Origin: Mytilus trossulus
Lineage: Eukaryota
Length of the DNA stretch: 64,000 bases
Direction: 5' to 3'
Assembly (NCBI RefSeq): GCF_036588685.1
Contig: NC_086374.1
Span: 1,426,001 to 1,490,000 of the forward strand
Made by a program: the position numbers and the translations under genes. The notes under the pieces were generated by a model, which saw only the letters and a list, made by a program, of their open reading frames with translations, made no database searches and had not been told where the DNA came from. Of this stretch, positions 1-10,560 are shown piece after piece (position 1 is the stretch's first letter; each line of letters starts with the position of its first letter).

Positions 1-1321
1 TAGAATCACCTGAATATTTATCAGGGTCTTCTTTTGATGAGTACAGATTTTCGTAGAAATTTCTCTCTTCGTTTAGAATTTTTTCTTGTGACAATATTTC
101 AATGTCGTTTACAACTAATTTGTTAATACATTTATTTTTATAATTACGTTTTTCTAATGATAAGAAATATTTTGAATTTCTTTCATTGCCTTCGCAGTGC
201 TCGGCATGTGATCGTATAATAGCCCCTCTTGTTTGATTATTTACTATTTGCTCTAAATCTTCTTTAACAATATCTAATTCAATTAAAAGTGTATTTATAT
301 CTTTATCTAAATATGTACGAGAGAGATTTTTCTGAATTTCGTCTAGTCGTTTTTTTAAACTGGACTCTCTTTCCCGCAATTTCATGTTTTTATATTTGGA
401 ATATTTGACGGTTGCGCCCCTTATTTCACTTTTAATGGTATCCCATTTTAAATTTTTATTTTCTAAATTTTGATATTTATCATCACATTCTGATAAAGTA
501 TTTTTGACTATATCCACATAATCTTTGTCTGTCAATAAACCCGAGTTGAATTTCCAGAAACCGGGACCTCTCTCACTAAAGTTTTCGCCTGACAATGTCA
601 ACTTGATAAGACTATGATCAGATTTTATAGACGGAACAATGGATGTTTTTGTAACACTGCTTGACAAAAAATTCGATATCAACCAAAAATCTAAACGACA
701 TTGTATAAGCGGGGTTCTTTGACGCCAAGTATATAATCTAGAGTCAACATTTTTTGTCCTCCAAATATCACATAAGTCAAATTCTTCTATAAAATCTTCT
801 AATTTACTCGTATATTTGACAGGTGTGTTATATTTTGAACCACCCATTTTGTCTAAAGATGGATTTAGTATCGTATTAAAATCTCCACCCAAAACGAGAT
901 TTTGTTCTAACTTTTCATTTAATAAAATCTTTAATTTTTCAATATATTCAATTTGGTCATTTTCAAAGTTTTTGGTCGGTGCATAATAATTCACAAAAAC
1001 AAAATCTGTGTTATCAATTTCAACAGTTAGAATGAGATACCTTCCGTTTTCATCTGCAATTTTTTCCTTTAATATATAATCTGTTGAGCCATTAAACAAA
1101 ATAGCAACACCTTTAGAGTTCGTTTCCCCGTGCGAAAAATAAATATCTCCACCCCATTCCCTTTTCCATAAAGTTTCATACGATTCAGTACTGTGTGTTT
1201 CTTGCAAGAAAATGATGTCGCTTTGAAATTTTTTTAACCAAAGAAACATGGATTTGCGTTTAAAATCGTTTCCAAAGCCATTTACATTAAGAGAAGTTAA
1301 ATTGATACAATAATTAGCCAT
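1..1321 (-). CDS. LINE (L1/Tx1 clade) ORF2, N-terminal ~440 aa: APE endonuclease plus linker; runs off the left edge
   Basis: Not in the ORF track because no stop falls inside the window. ATG at 1321 reads MANYCINLTSLNVNGFGNDFKRKSMFLWLKKFQSDIIFLQETH...WGGDIYFSHGETNSKGVAILF, then LGGDFN, RLDFWLIS, SDHS, GPGFWKFN and IIRSHAEHCEGNERNSKYFLSLEKR. Frame checked at several points. Confidence 0.93.
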   Translation of the reverse strand, partial: MANYCINLTSLNVNGFGNDFKRKSMFLWLKKFQSDIIFLQETHSTESYETLWKREWGGDIYFSHGETNSKGVAILFNGSTDYILKEKIADENGRYLILTVEIDNTDFVFVNYYAPTKNFENDQIEYIEKLKILLNEKLEQNLVLGGDFNTILNPSLDKMGGSKYNTPVKYTSKLEDFIEEFDLCDIWRTKNVDSRLYTWRQRTPLIQCRLDFWLISNFLSSSVTKTSIVPSIKSDHSLIKLTLSGENFSERGPGFWKFNSGLLTDKDYVDIVKNTLSECDDKYQNLENKNLKWDTIKSEIRGATVKYSKYKNMKLRERESSLKKRLDEIQKNLSRTYLDKDINTLLIELDIVKEDLEQIVNNQTRGAIIRSHAEHCEGNERNSKYFLSLEKRNYKNKCINKLVVNDIEILSQEKILNEERNFYENLYSSKEDPDKYSGDS

Positions 1322-1832
1322 TTTCTAGTTTTGGCTTTACAGTCTTATTATTTTCATATGTGATACACTTAACGTAGTTGAACATTATATAACTAAGTAG
1401 AAACAAAATACAGAAAAACATATCAAATATACAATACAATACAAAAAGAGAGAGAATTCTCTCTGTTCGGTCTGCCTGACCTAAACCATATAATTAATGT
1501 TAATGTTTGTTATATTCATTGTTCATTCTCAATAAAACGCATGTAACTTTCATTCATTAATAAAAACAAAACACTATAGGTTTACCTGTTACGGTTTAAA
1601 GTACATGTAACTTTCATTCATACATAACAACATTACAATTTACAACCTTTACTATAAATGACCCAATTACAGATTGAAATACACGTGCACAGGTACACAG
1701 ACATTCTTGTTGATAATTTTGTTTACCTTTTCTTGCCGACGTACGAATATGGGACACAGTTATATAATGGCAAATATGTATTTTGATAGAACTGTGGATT
1801 GCATTGCATATCACTGGATTCATGTTTTTGCA

Positions 1833-1857
1833 TATATATATATATATATATATATAT
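1833..1857. repeat. (TA)n microsatellite in the LINE inter-ORF spacer
   Basis: Pure AT dinucleotide run. Confidence 0.9.
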
Positions 1858-2570
1858 CGGATAGTTTTTTAAGATTTGCATTGGGTGCAAAACGTATAAA
1901 AAATGTTTAATATATACATTTTTGTTCGCCAACATTGCTGGGGATCGAAAGGATATTCGCACTTTACAAAAAAGGAAAAGAGAATTCATTTTATAGAATA
2001 CCAGTATATTGGATTATTCTAACGTGTGTATGTGCAATTTATGTAAATATAGTGTCAACAACAACAAAAAAGTGGGATTTTTTTTTCTCCCGGGATTATA
2101 GTTATACACAGGGAAGATGATTACTTTTATGATGTCTGCGTGCCGGTACCGTGAGTAAATTTTGTTATATAAAATTACAATATACGCTGCATGTATTTTA
2201 TTGACTTATTTTAATTCATGGTGAAATTATTTCGGATAAAGTTGTATGTAAATTTAAAATTCATAAAAAGTAGTTTCATCTACAGATTACCTATTAAGGT
2301 AATTCATTTGAAATTTGCTTCTTTATAACTCACTGGAACAATGAATACTCTTTTTAAAAATAAAATAGAGAATTGAAACTCTTAAGATACTTTGAAAATA
2401 GTAAACATATAGGATTTGAAAAGAGAATACATGAAACTAAATATATAATATCTAACAAATTTTAAACCTGAAAGAAGAAAAAAAAATTACATTCAGCATA
2501 CTTCACTGCATGTTTATTGTCTATCAAGATGAGTTCAAACAACAGTAAATTAGTTTAAAGTTTTTATTGT

Positions 2571-3878
2571 TTACATTTTGCGGAGAACCGATTTTACTCC
2601 CTCCAAGATAATATTGTTTTTTCTTGAACCTATCTTTGCTGTACCAGATGGAGGTGTACGTGAGGAAATGATAGTTATGTTGTGTGCATCTATTTCTTTT
2701 AAATAGTCAAGTATCCTTGATCCAATTCCGTAGTCTCTGTCGTCATCGTACCCGTCGTGTGTATGTCCGTCTTTGTCTGTAAACCGATATACCAATGTGT
2801 TGTATGTACATGCAGATACTGGGCCCTGCATTATTTGTCGGGCAGCTTCACGAACTTCTGCGTATGTTGTGGTGACAGCAGCTGTGACACAATAAGTATG
2901 ACCATTGTCACTAACTTCATTAGAACTAGTTTGCTCAAATGTACCAAATTTAGACTTGTTACTGGCATCAAAAATAGCTAAAGCTTTTGGTGTTGACACT
3001 TTTTCCACATATTTAGATCCACTTTTGATGAAGAATAAACTGTTTCCTTTAATTTTAGTGCCCACATCTACTTCTTTGTACTCCTTTTGTTTTTGTACTA
3101 GTCTTTTTCTGTTTTCACGCATATCGTCTGGAAACTGTGGAGATCTGTATATGCCATTTAGTAACTCTTTGTTTTGTTTGCCTATTGTTCGTGCAGTGTT
3201 TATGACATGCTCCCGGTCATTGTAGTCATGGAATTTAACAACTATAGGACGGGTGCTGTTTTTATTTGTCTGGGTCCCTATTCTGTGGGCTCGGTCAATT
3301 TTAATATTTTCAGTTATTTTCAAAACATTTTTGAAAATCAATTTTAATTCCGCTATTACGTTTTCGTCATTTCGTTCATGAACCCCTATTACTATAGCAT
3401 TTTCCCTCATGCTGCGTTCAACCAGGTTTGCTATTTGACTTTGTTGACAATCAAGTCTAGTTTCTAAATGTACCACGTATGACTTCATTAGATTTAATTC
3501 CGTTGTCAGTTTTGTATTTTGATTTCTGACTTCGGCTATCATAGTTGTTTGGTCTTCAGTTTCTGTTGCCACAGCTTGAAGTCTGTCTTCAATGCCATCT
3601 TTGGAGTATATGTCATTTTTAATACCATGTATTTCTTCATTTTGGTTTTCAAATTTTATTATAAGACTGTTTAATGTTTGTTGTATGCCTACTATGCCAC
3701 TTAGAAGTTTGTTATTAAATGTTTGATCCTCAGAGTATTCACCGAGGTTTTGTTCGAGTGAGCTCTCTGTCTCCGTCATGTTAGTATCCGCCATTTTTAT
3801 ACCTGTGGTTTGTTTACTATTAAAAGTTTTTGTCTCTATTTCTCTTTCACGTTTACGAGTATTTTGTTTTTCACTCAT
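2571..3878 (-). CDS. LINE ORF1p: coiled coil + L1-type RRM/CTD + C-terminal IMPACT/YigZ (UPF0029)-like domain; likely start is the ATG at 3794 (MADTN)
   Basis: 435-aa ORF with a heptad-rich N-terminal half and L1 ORF1 motifs (RENAIVIGVHE, IDRAHRIG, RPIVVKF, PQFPDDMRENRKRL). The last ~115 aa have an IMPACT-like pattern (TYNTLVYRF..DDDRDYGIGSRILDYL..NITIISSR). Confidence 0.88.
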   Translation of the reverse strand: MSEKQNTRKREREIETKTFNSKQTTGIKMADTNMTETESSLEQNLGEYSEDQTFNNKLLSGIVGIQQTLNSLIIKFENQNEEIHGIKNDIYSKDGIEDRLQAVATETEDQTTMIAEVRNQNTKLTTELNLMKSYVVHLETRLDCQQSQIANLVERSMRENAIVIGVHERNDENVIAELKLIFKNVLKITENIKIDRAHRIGTQTNKNSTRPIVVKFHDYNDREHVINTARTIGKQNKELLNGIYRSPQFPDDMRENRKRLVQKQKEYKEVDVGTKIKGNSLFFIKSGSKYVEKVSTPKALAIFDASNKSKFGTFEQTSSNEVSDNGHTYCVTAAVTTTYAEVREAARQIMQGPVSACTYNTLVYRFTDKDGHTHDGYDDDRDYGIGSRILDYLKEIDAHNITIISSRTPPSGTAKIGSRKNNIILEGVKSVLRKM

Positions 3879-4602
3879 TACCTTTATTCATTACTATCAA
3901 AGTAAGTTTGTTATGTGTTGGTTTCAGAAAAATTCACTGTTTCACCATGTTTAAGTTGAAATTATCAGGCAGGTCGAGCAGAGAGAAAAAAACCTCAACC
4001 ATTCATTTCCAAGGGCAGATAATTATTCATATAAAAGTTTATTGAAATCCCGATAAGTATGATAACCTTGTTTTTTCATTATGTATGGATTCTTTTCTCT
4101 TGTTTCATGTCACAGCTGGATATACATTTCATTATTGAAGACTTCTTTTTATATAGCCGATACGAACTAGTTTGATCTGGGTAATGTACAAGATATATGT
4201 CATTGATTGTCTGGTCGTTTGGGTTAGTCACGATCAACGTTCCACCCATGTCAAAAGTACACGTCTTTAATTTCAATCAACAAATCATATTTACAATCTG
4301 CTTTAAATCTGGACTTGGATAAGTAGTTAATTTTCCATCTCTTGAGCACTTCTGTTTTTACTGTTATTAATAGATATATTGGTTCTGTTACACTCCTGTC
4401 ACATGTTATAAAGGCTATAGTTGAGCATTCGAACACAGGTTTAGCCACACTACATTTAACTATAATTCAGTGGTTATTGTTCGTCATAAATCAGAAAGTG
4501 TTTTCTTTTTAATATTTTTTTAATTTAGATTTTTTTATTGGTTCACATTTTGTCAGGTGGTCTTCTTTTGTAGCTGTATTTGTTATAGTTGATGGTCGTA
4601 CG

Positions 4603-4752
4603 CATTTGCGGATCCAGGGGGGAGTTCCGGGGTTGGAACCCCCCTTTTTATTGGCCGATCAATGCATTTGAATGGGGACATATAGCTGGACCCCCCCCCC
4701 TTTATCCTGGGTTGGGAACCCCCCTTTTTAAAAATGGCTGGATCCGCCACTG
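4603..4752. mobile_element. ~150-bp MITE with 15-bp imperfect TIRs
   Basis: CATTTGCGGATCCAG ... CTGGATCCGCCACTG termini; G/C-run-rich interior; no clean TSD. Confidence 0.7.
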
Positions 4753-5669
4753 TGTACGCTGACATATGGATGCTAAATTTATAGAAAGATTAATCTAAAC
4801 AATATTAAAAAAAATGGAAACAAAATGATTTTCTCACCAGGAGAAAAATACACTGCATTTGTCTTAAACTTGGATTAAAAGTTAACTGAAAATACACATT
4901 CGAATCTCGAACATTTCACTGGTTGGTTTGTGAGTGATCGTCCTCGTAACATTAAAAGCAAGTAACATGAAATCACAAAAACAATCTTATAAGATATATA
5001 ATGTTATTATTGTAATGTAATGATTTTCAGAAATTACAAGAAGGTGTATTTGAAGATGCTGCCTGTCAAAGTCCAGAAGTTTTGGTAAGTTCAAAATGTA
5101 AACATTATGAGAACTTTATATATAAAAACAATTATGCATATAAGAAAAGGATGTGCAGTTAATTTATTCTTATATGAGGATGCTACTTTATCTGAGTTAA
5201 AACTTCGAGCATATTGGTAAGTATATTGCATTAGTGCTAAATCGCCTCAGTGGTCTCCTTACAGCGTATGTATACAAGCTGTGACAAACAAAAGACTTAA
5301 AAAACGAAGGTTTTTTTACAACACTTTTCAGCTTTTGCAAAGATAGCGTTACTTTAGAATAAGAGAACAGACAGGTCGACTCGCGGTTCAAATAATGTAT
5401 ATCAGAGTAGAGTAAGAGCAAAGGCTGGTGGTCGGTTAAAATAAAATATATTAGAGTAGAGTTATATAACATTCTGTTATTCGCACACTTCTTTATTTTG
5501 AACAAGAATTACATCAGGTTACATATCTTACACTTCTTCAACTTGTGACAACAATGATACATGTTTTAAAGTATGTTAGTTCAATCTGATCAATAAAATT
5601 AACACATGAATTATGTTAATAAAACTAGTATCACACTAACGTTGATAGTTCAATGAATCCCCATGTTAC

Positions 5670-7704
5670 TTTATGTCAAAAGAAACTTTATGACATGTCA
5701 AAAGAAACGTTATGACATGTCAAAAGAAATGGTATGACATGTCATTGGAAATGGCATGATATGTCAATAGGAATGATATGACATTAAAACGAATGGTATG
5801 ACATATGAATAGGAACAGTTTGACATATCAATAGGAATGTTATAGAATGTTATGACATATCAATAGGAATGGTATGACATGTCAATAGGAATGGTATGAC
5901 ATATCAATAGCAATAGTATGACATGTCAATAGGAATGGTCGGAAATGTCAATAGCAATAGTAGGACATGTCAATAACAATAGTATGACATATCAATAGGA
6001 ATAGTAGAACATGTCAATAGGAATGGTAGAACATGTCAATAGCAATAGTATGACATATCAATAGGAATGGTAGAACATGTCAATAGAAATAATATGACAT
6101 ATCAATAGGAATGGTAGGACATGTCAATAGGAATGGTATGACATATCAATAGGAATGGTAGGACATATCAATAGGAATGGTAGAACATGTCAATAGAAAT
6201 AATATGACATATCAATAAGAATGGTAGGACATGATATCAATAGGAATGGTAGGACATATCAATAGGAATGGTAGGACATATCAATAGGAATGGTAGAACA
6301 TGTCAATAGGAATGGTAGGACATGTCAATAGGAATGGTATGACATATCAATAGGAATGGTAGAACATATCAATAGGAATGGTAGGACATGTCAATAGGAA
6401 TGGTATGACATATCAATAGGAATGGTAGAACATGTCAATAGGAATGGTAGGACATGTCAATAGGAATGGTAGGACATATCAATAGGAATGGTATGACATA
6501 TCAATAGGAATGGTAGAACATATCAATAGGAATGGTATGACATATCAATAGGAATGGTAGAACATATCAATAGGAATGGTAGAACATGTCAATAGGAATG
6601 GTAGAACATATCAATAGGAATGGTAGGACATGTCAATAGGAATGGTAGGACATATCAATAGCAATGGTAGTACATGTCAATAGGAATGGTATGACATGTC
6701 AATAGGAATGGTAGAACATGTCAATATGAATGGTATGACATATCAATAGGAATGGTAGGACATGTCAATAGGAATGGTAGGACATATCAATAGGAATGGT
6801 ATGACATATCAATAGGAATGGTAGAACATATCAATAGGAATGGTATGACATATCAATAGGAATGGTAGAACATATCAATAGGAATGGTAGAACATGTCAA
6901 TAGGAATGGTAGAACATATCAATAGGAATGGTAGGACATGTCAATAGGAATGGTAGGACATGTCAATAGGAATGGTAGGACATATCAATAGAAATGGTAG
7001 GACATGTCAATAGGAATGGTATGACATATCAATAGGAATGGTAGGACATGTCAATAGGAATGGTAGGACATATCAATAGCAATGGTAGTACATGTCAATA
7101 GGAATGGTATGACATGTCAATAGGAATGGTAGAACATGTCAATAGGAATGGTAGGACATGTCAATAGGAATGGTATGACATGTCAATAGCAATGGTAGGA
7201 CATATCAATAGCAATGGTAGTACATGTCAATAGGAATGGTATGACATGTCAATAGGAATGGTAGAACATGTCAATAGGAATGGTAGGACATGTCAATAGG
7301 AATGGTATGACATATCAATAGGAATGGTAGGACATGTCAATAGGAATGGTAGGACATGTCAATAGGAATGGTAGGACATGTCAATAGGAATGGTAGGACA
7401 TGTCAATAGGAATGGTATGACATGTCAATAGGAATGGTATGACATGTCAATAGGAATGATATGACATGTCAATAGCAATGGTAGAACATGTCAATAGGAA
7501 TGGTAGGACATGTCAATATGAATGGTAGAATATGTCAATAGGAATGGTATGACATGTCAATAGCAATGGTAGAACATGTCAATAGGAATGGTAGGACATG
7601 TCAATATGAATGGTAGAATATATCAATATCAATGGTAGAATATATCAATAGCAATGGTAGGATATGTCAATAGGAATGGTATGACATATCAATAGCAATG
7701 GTAG
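5670..7704 (+). repeat. 22-bp satellite, block 1 (consensus GACAT(G/A)TCAATAGGAATGGTA(G/T))
   Basis: 22-nt period checked (GGAATGG at 7321 and 7343); ~90 units; degenerate left edge. Confidence 0.97.
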
Positions 7705-7920
7705 TGTCGGTGATTTAGAGACAGTTTAACTTACGCGTCAAACGTTAACACTACTTTTAACGCCGTTTTCCATTCACATTGTTAACGTCATCATTATCTT
7801 CTGTTAACGTTGTGCTATTGTTATGTATCATGTTGCTATATAGAGTTGAGATTATACGATCAAACGAACCAGACGTTGTTTTACTGCCTGTCTAGACTTT
7901 TAGTTAACCCATCCGTCACA
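7705..7920 (+). repeat. BEL/Pao 5' LTR
   Basis: TGTCGG...CGTCACA; matches 14392-14607. Confidence 0.97.
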
Positions 7921-10155
7921 TTGGTGCTGCGACCAGAGGATATAATGACGAAAAAGAAAGCCATTCGAGTGGGCCATCGAGGAGCCGCGAGGAGATTAAT
8001 TTCAAAGATTGAAGAGGAATTAGAGAAAGAAACAACACAACGCGACGAAATAGAAAGCCTATGTGAAACCTTGAAGAAAAAGAGGGATATTCTTTCGGAA
8101 CTTGATAATGAAATATTAGAGGAGATTGCAGAGGAAAACATGAAAGCAGAGATAGAAGACTCAGATCGGTATGTTTTAGATATAGAACGGATTTTGACAA
8201 AAGTACGCAATTCATCAAGTTCAAAACAGAAAAATAAATCAAATGAAACTAGCTCTAATCAGAACTTAAATCCAAATGCAGCAGATTTTGTTTTCATCAA
8301 CTCCACATCTACATGTAATACTCCACATCCCATGCAGAATAATGATATGCAATACAGATCGTCAATGAGCGCAACAAATTCTAGCATCTACCACAAGCTA
8401 CCAAAATTGAATTTACCATATTTAATGGCAATTTGTTAAACTGGCAACCTTTCTGGGATGCGTATCAATCAACAATACACGATAACCAAACATTAACAGA
8501 CGTGCAGAAATTTACGTATTTGCAAAATCATATTCAGGGAATAGCCGCGCAATGTATCGCCGGTTTACCACTCACAAGTGCAAATTACTATCAAGCCGTT
8601 TCAATACTGAGAGAGAGGTTTGGTCAGAACCACAAAATCACGAACGCATATATTCAGAATTTAATTGATTTACCCGCACCGAGGTCAAACGCAGACAGTT
8701 TGAGAAACTTTTCCGACAGAATTGAGTGTAGCATACGCGGATTAGAATCGTTAGGAACAAACGAGAGTACATTTGGAGCCATTCTTACGCCTATTATATA
8801 CAATAAATTGCCGTCCGACGTACGAAAAAACATAACCCGAGATCGCGGAAACGACGACTGGGACATCGAATCATTGAGAACAGCAATAAAGAGGGAAGTA
8901 TGCGTACAGGTCGCAGGACAATCTACAGGTCAAAGTAATGAAGATTTAGAAATTTTACCGACCGCTTCGTTTATTGCCGAAACATTTCCAGGAAAGAACA
9001 GGAAACAGTCACGTAAGAAATGTTTATTTTGTGAAGAATCCCATCATCCAAATACATGCAAAAACGTGAAAGATGTTGAGAAACGAATTGAAATTGTGAA
9101 GCGAAAAAAGGTATGTTTTAACTGTTTCGAAAGTCATAGAGTAGCTGAATGTAAATCAGAATTTAAATGCCGCCAGTGCGGAAAGAGACATCACACGAGT
9201 ATACATGTACAAGTACATAACACAGAACCAAAGAGCTTGACCGAAAGCCAGTATAATACACAAAAGACCGTAGCACATACTGCCGTAGAGGAAACGCCAC
9301 TAGAGCTAACCACATCATTGCATTCTACTGTTACTGCACATACAGATGTTTTACTGAAAACTGCCGTAACTCCAGTTTGGTCCGAAAATCGATCGATAAT
9401 GACAAATATTTTACTTGACGAGGGAGCACAGAATTCATTCATAACTGAAGATTTAGCTAGAAAATTAGAAATTGAGTCCACCGAAAAGATAGCACTGAAA
9501 ATATCTGGATTTGGAGGAAACGAAGGACAAGTTCGTCATCTTGATAAAGCAAACATAGCTATTGAAACAGTTGACAATCAAAGAATAGAAATTGAAGTAA
9601 TAATTGTACCGAAAATTGCCGCTCCTATTCAGACAAAATCACAAAAGGAAATCAAAGCACTGTCATACTTACGTGGTTTACGACTCGCACATCCGATATG
9701 CGCAGAAGACAAGTTTAACATATCTTTATTGATTGGCGCAGACTATTACTGGTCAATAGTTGAAGATGAAATAATAAGAGGAAATGGACCGACCGCAGTT
9801 AAGTCGAAAATTGGTTACCTCTTGTCGGGACCCGTACTTACTAAGAACGGAAGTACTTCAAAACAGTCAGCAATGCTGAATATTTTGACTGATCACAGAG
9901 CCGTTGTTTGCGACTTGGAAAAGTTTTGGAACTTAGAAGCGTTGGGGGTTTCAGGAAGCGATACCATTAAAAGTCAGTCTGAAGTTGTACGAGAATACGG
10001 AGAAAAGTCTATAATACTAGAAAATGGAAAGTACACAGCTAAGTTACCATGGAAACCAGATTTCCTTCCGCTGCCGCATAACTTGGAATTGGTTAAACAG
10101 AGGACAGGAAGCGTTATTAGACGTCTAGCAAACAAACCTGATTTATTAAAAATAT

Positions 10156-10560
10156 GTACCAATTATCAGGTTGTCTGCATGTTAATATCGTAAAATATCA
10201 GCTGCGAGACATAATATTAAGCTTTTTGTCGAGTAAGCGCAGCGAACGAGATCAAAAAGCCTTCATATTATTTCGAGCAGCTGATATTTTACAATATTAA
10301 TATGCCGATAACCTAATAATCGATTTATCGGGCTGCATTTGCGTCTTTTGGAAGTATTGTCTTAGTTTCATCAGCAACCGGAAGTTGACTTGATAAGTTC
10401 GGGGCAAACTTATCAACGTCGGTTCAAACATTATGACGTCGCTGATATGCCCGGGTCAAAGTTATTAAGGCCAGGTCAACGTATTTGACGTCACAAAGCC
10501 GTGATATGGAGTTTTATTAAGAGCTGAGCAGATTGATATAGACAGTTGGACGACCGATAA
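10156..10560. mobile_element. 405-bp non-autonomous hairpin-bearing element nested in BEL pol
   Basis: Removing it restores KPDLLKI-Y-GDIIREQERRHFIEKV. Long imperfect inverted repeat 10162-10320 centred on GCGCAGC; no obvious TSD. Confidence 0.85.

Larger units (their letters stand above)
1..4010 (-). mobile_element. L1/Tx1-clade non-LTR retrotransposon, 5' portion (5' UTR, ORF1, 1.25-kb spacer, start of ORF2)
   Basis: Collinear ORF1 and APE-ORF2 on the minus strand; the 5' boundary is approximate. Confidence 0.85.

Noticed and set aside
4079-4448. Two overlapping minus-strand ORFs that look protein-like if joined by a frameshift
   Set aside because: No recognisable motif or supported splice sites.
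8410-8440. Programmed -1 frameshift in BEL gag
   Set aside because: No X XXY YYZ slippery heptamer, and it falls inside the conserved LPxFxG motif of a normally single ORF; a 1-nt deletion is simpler.
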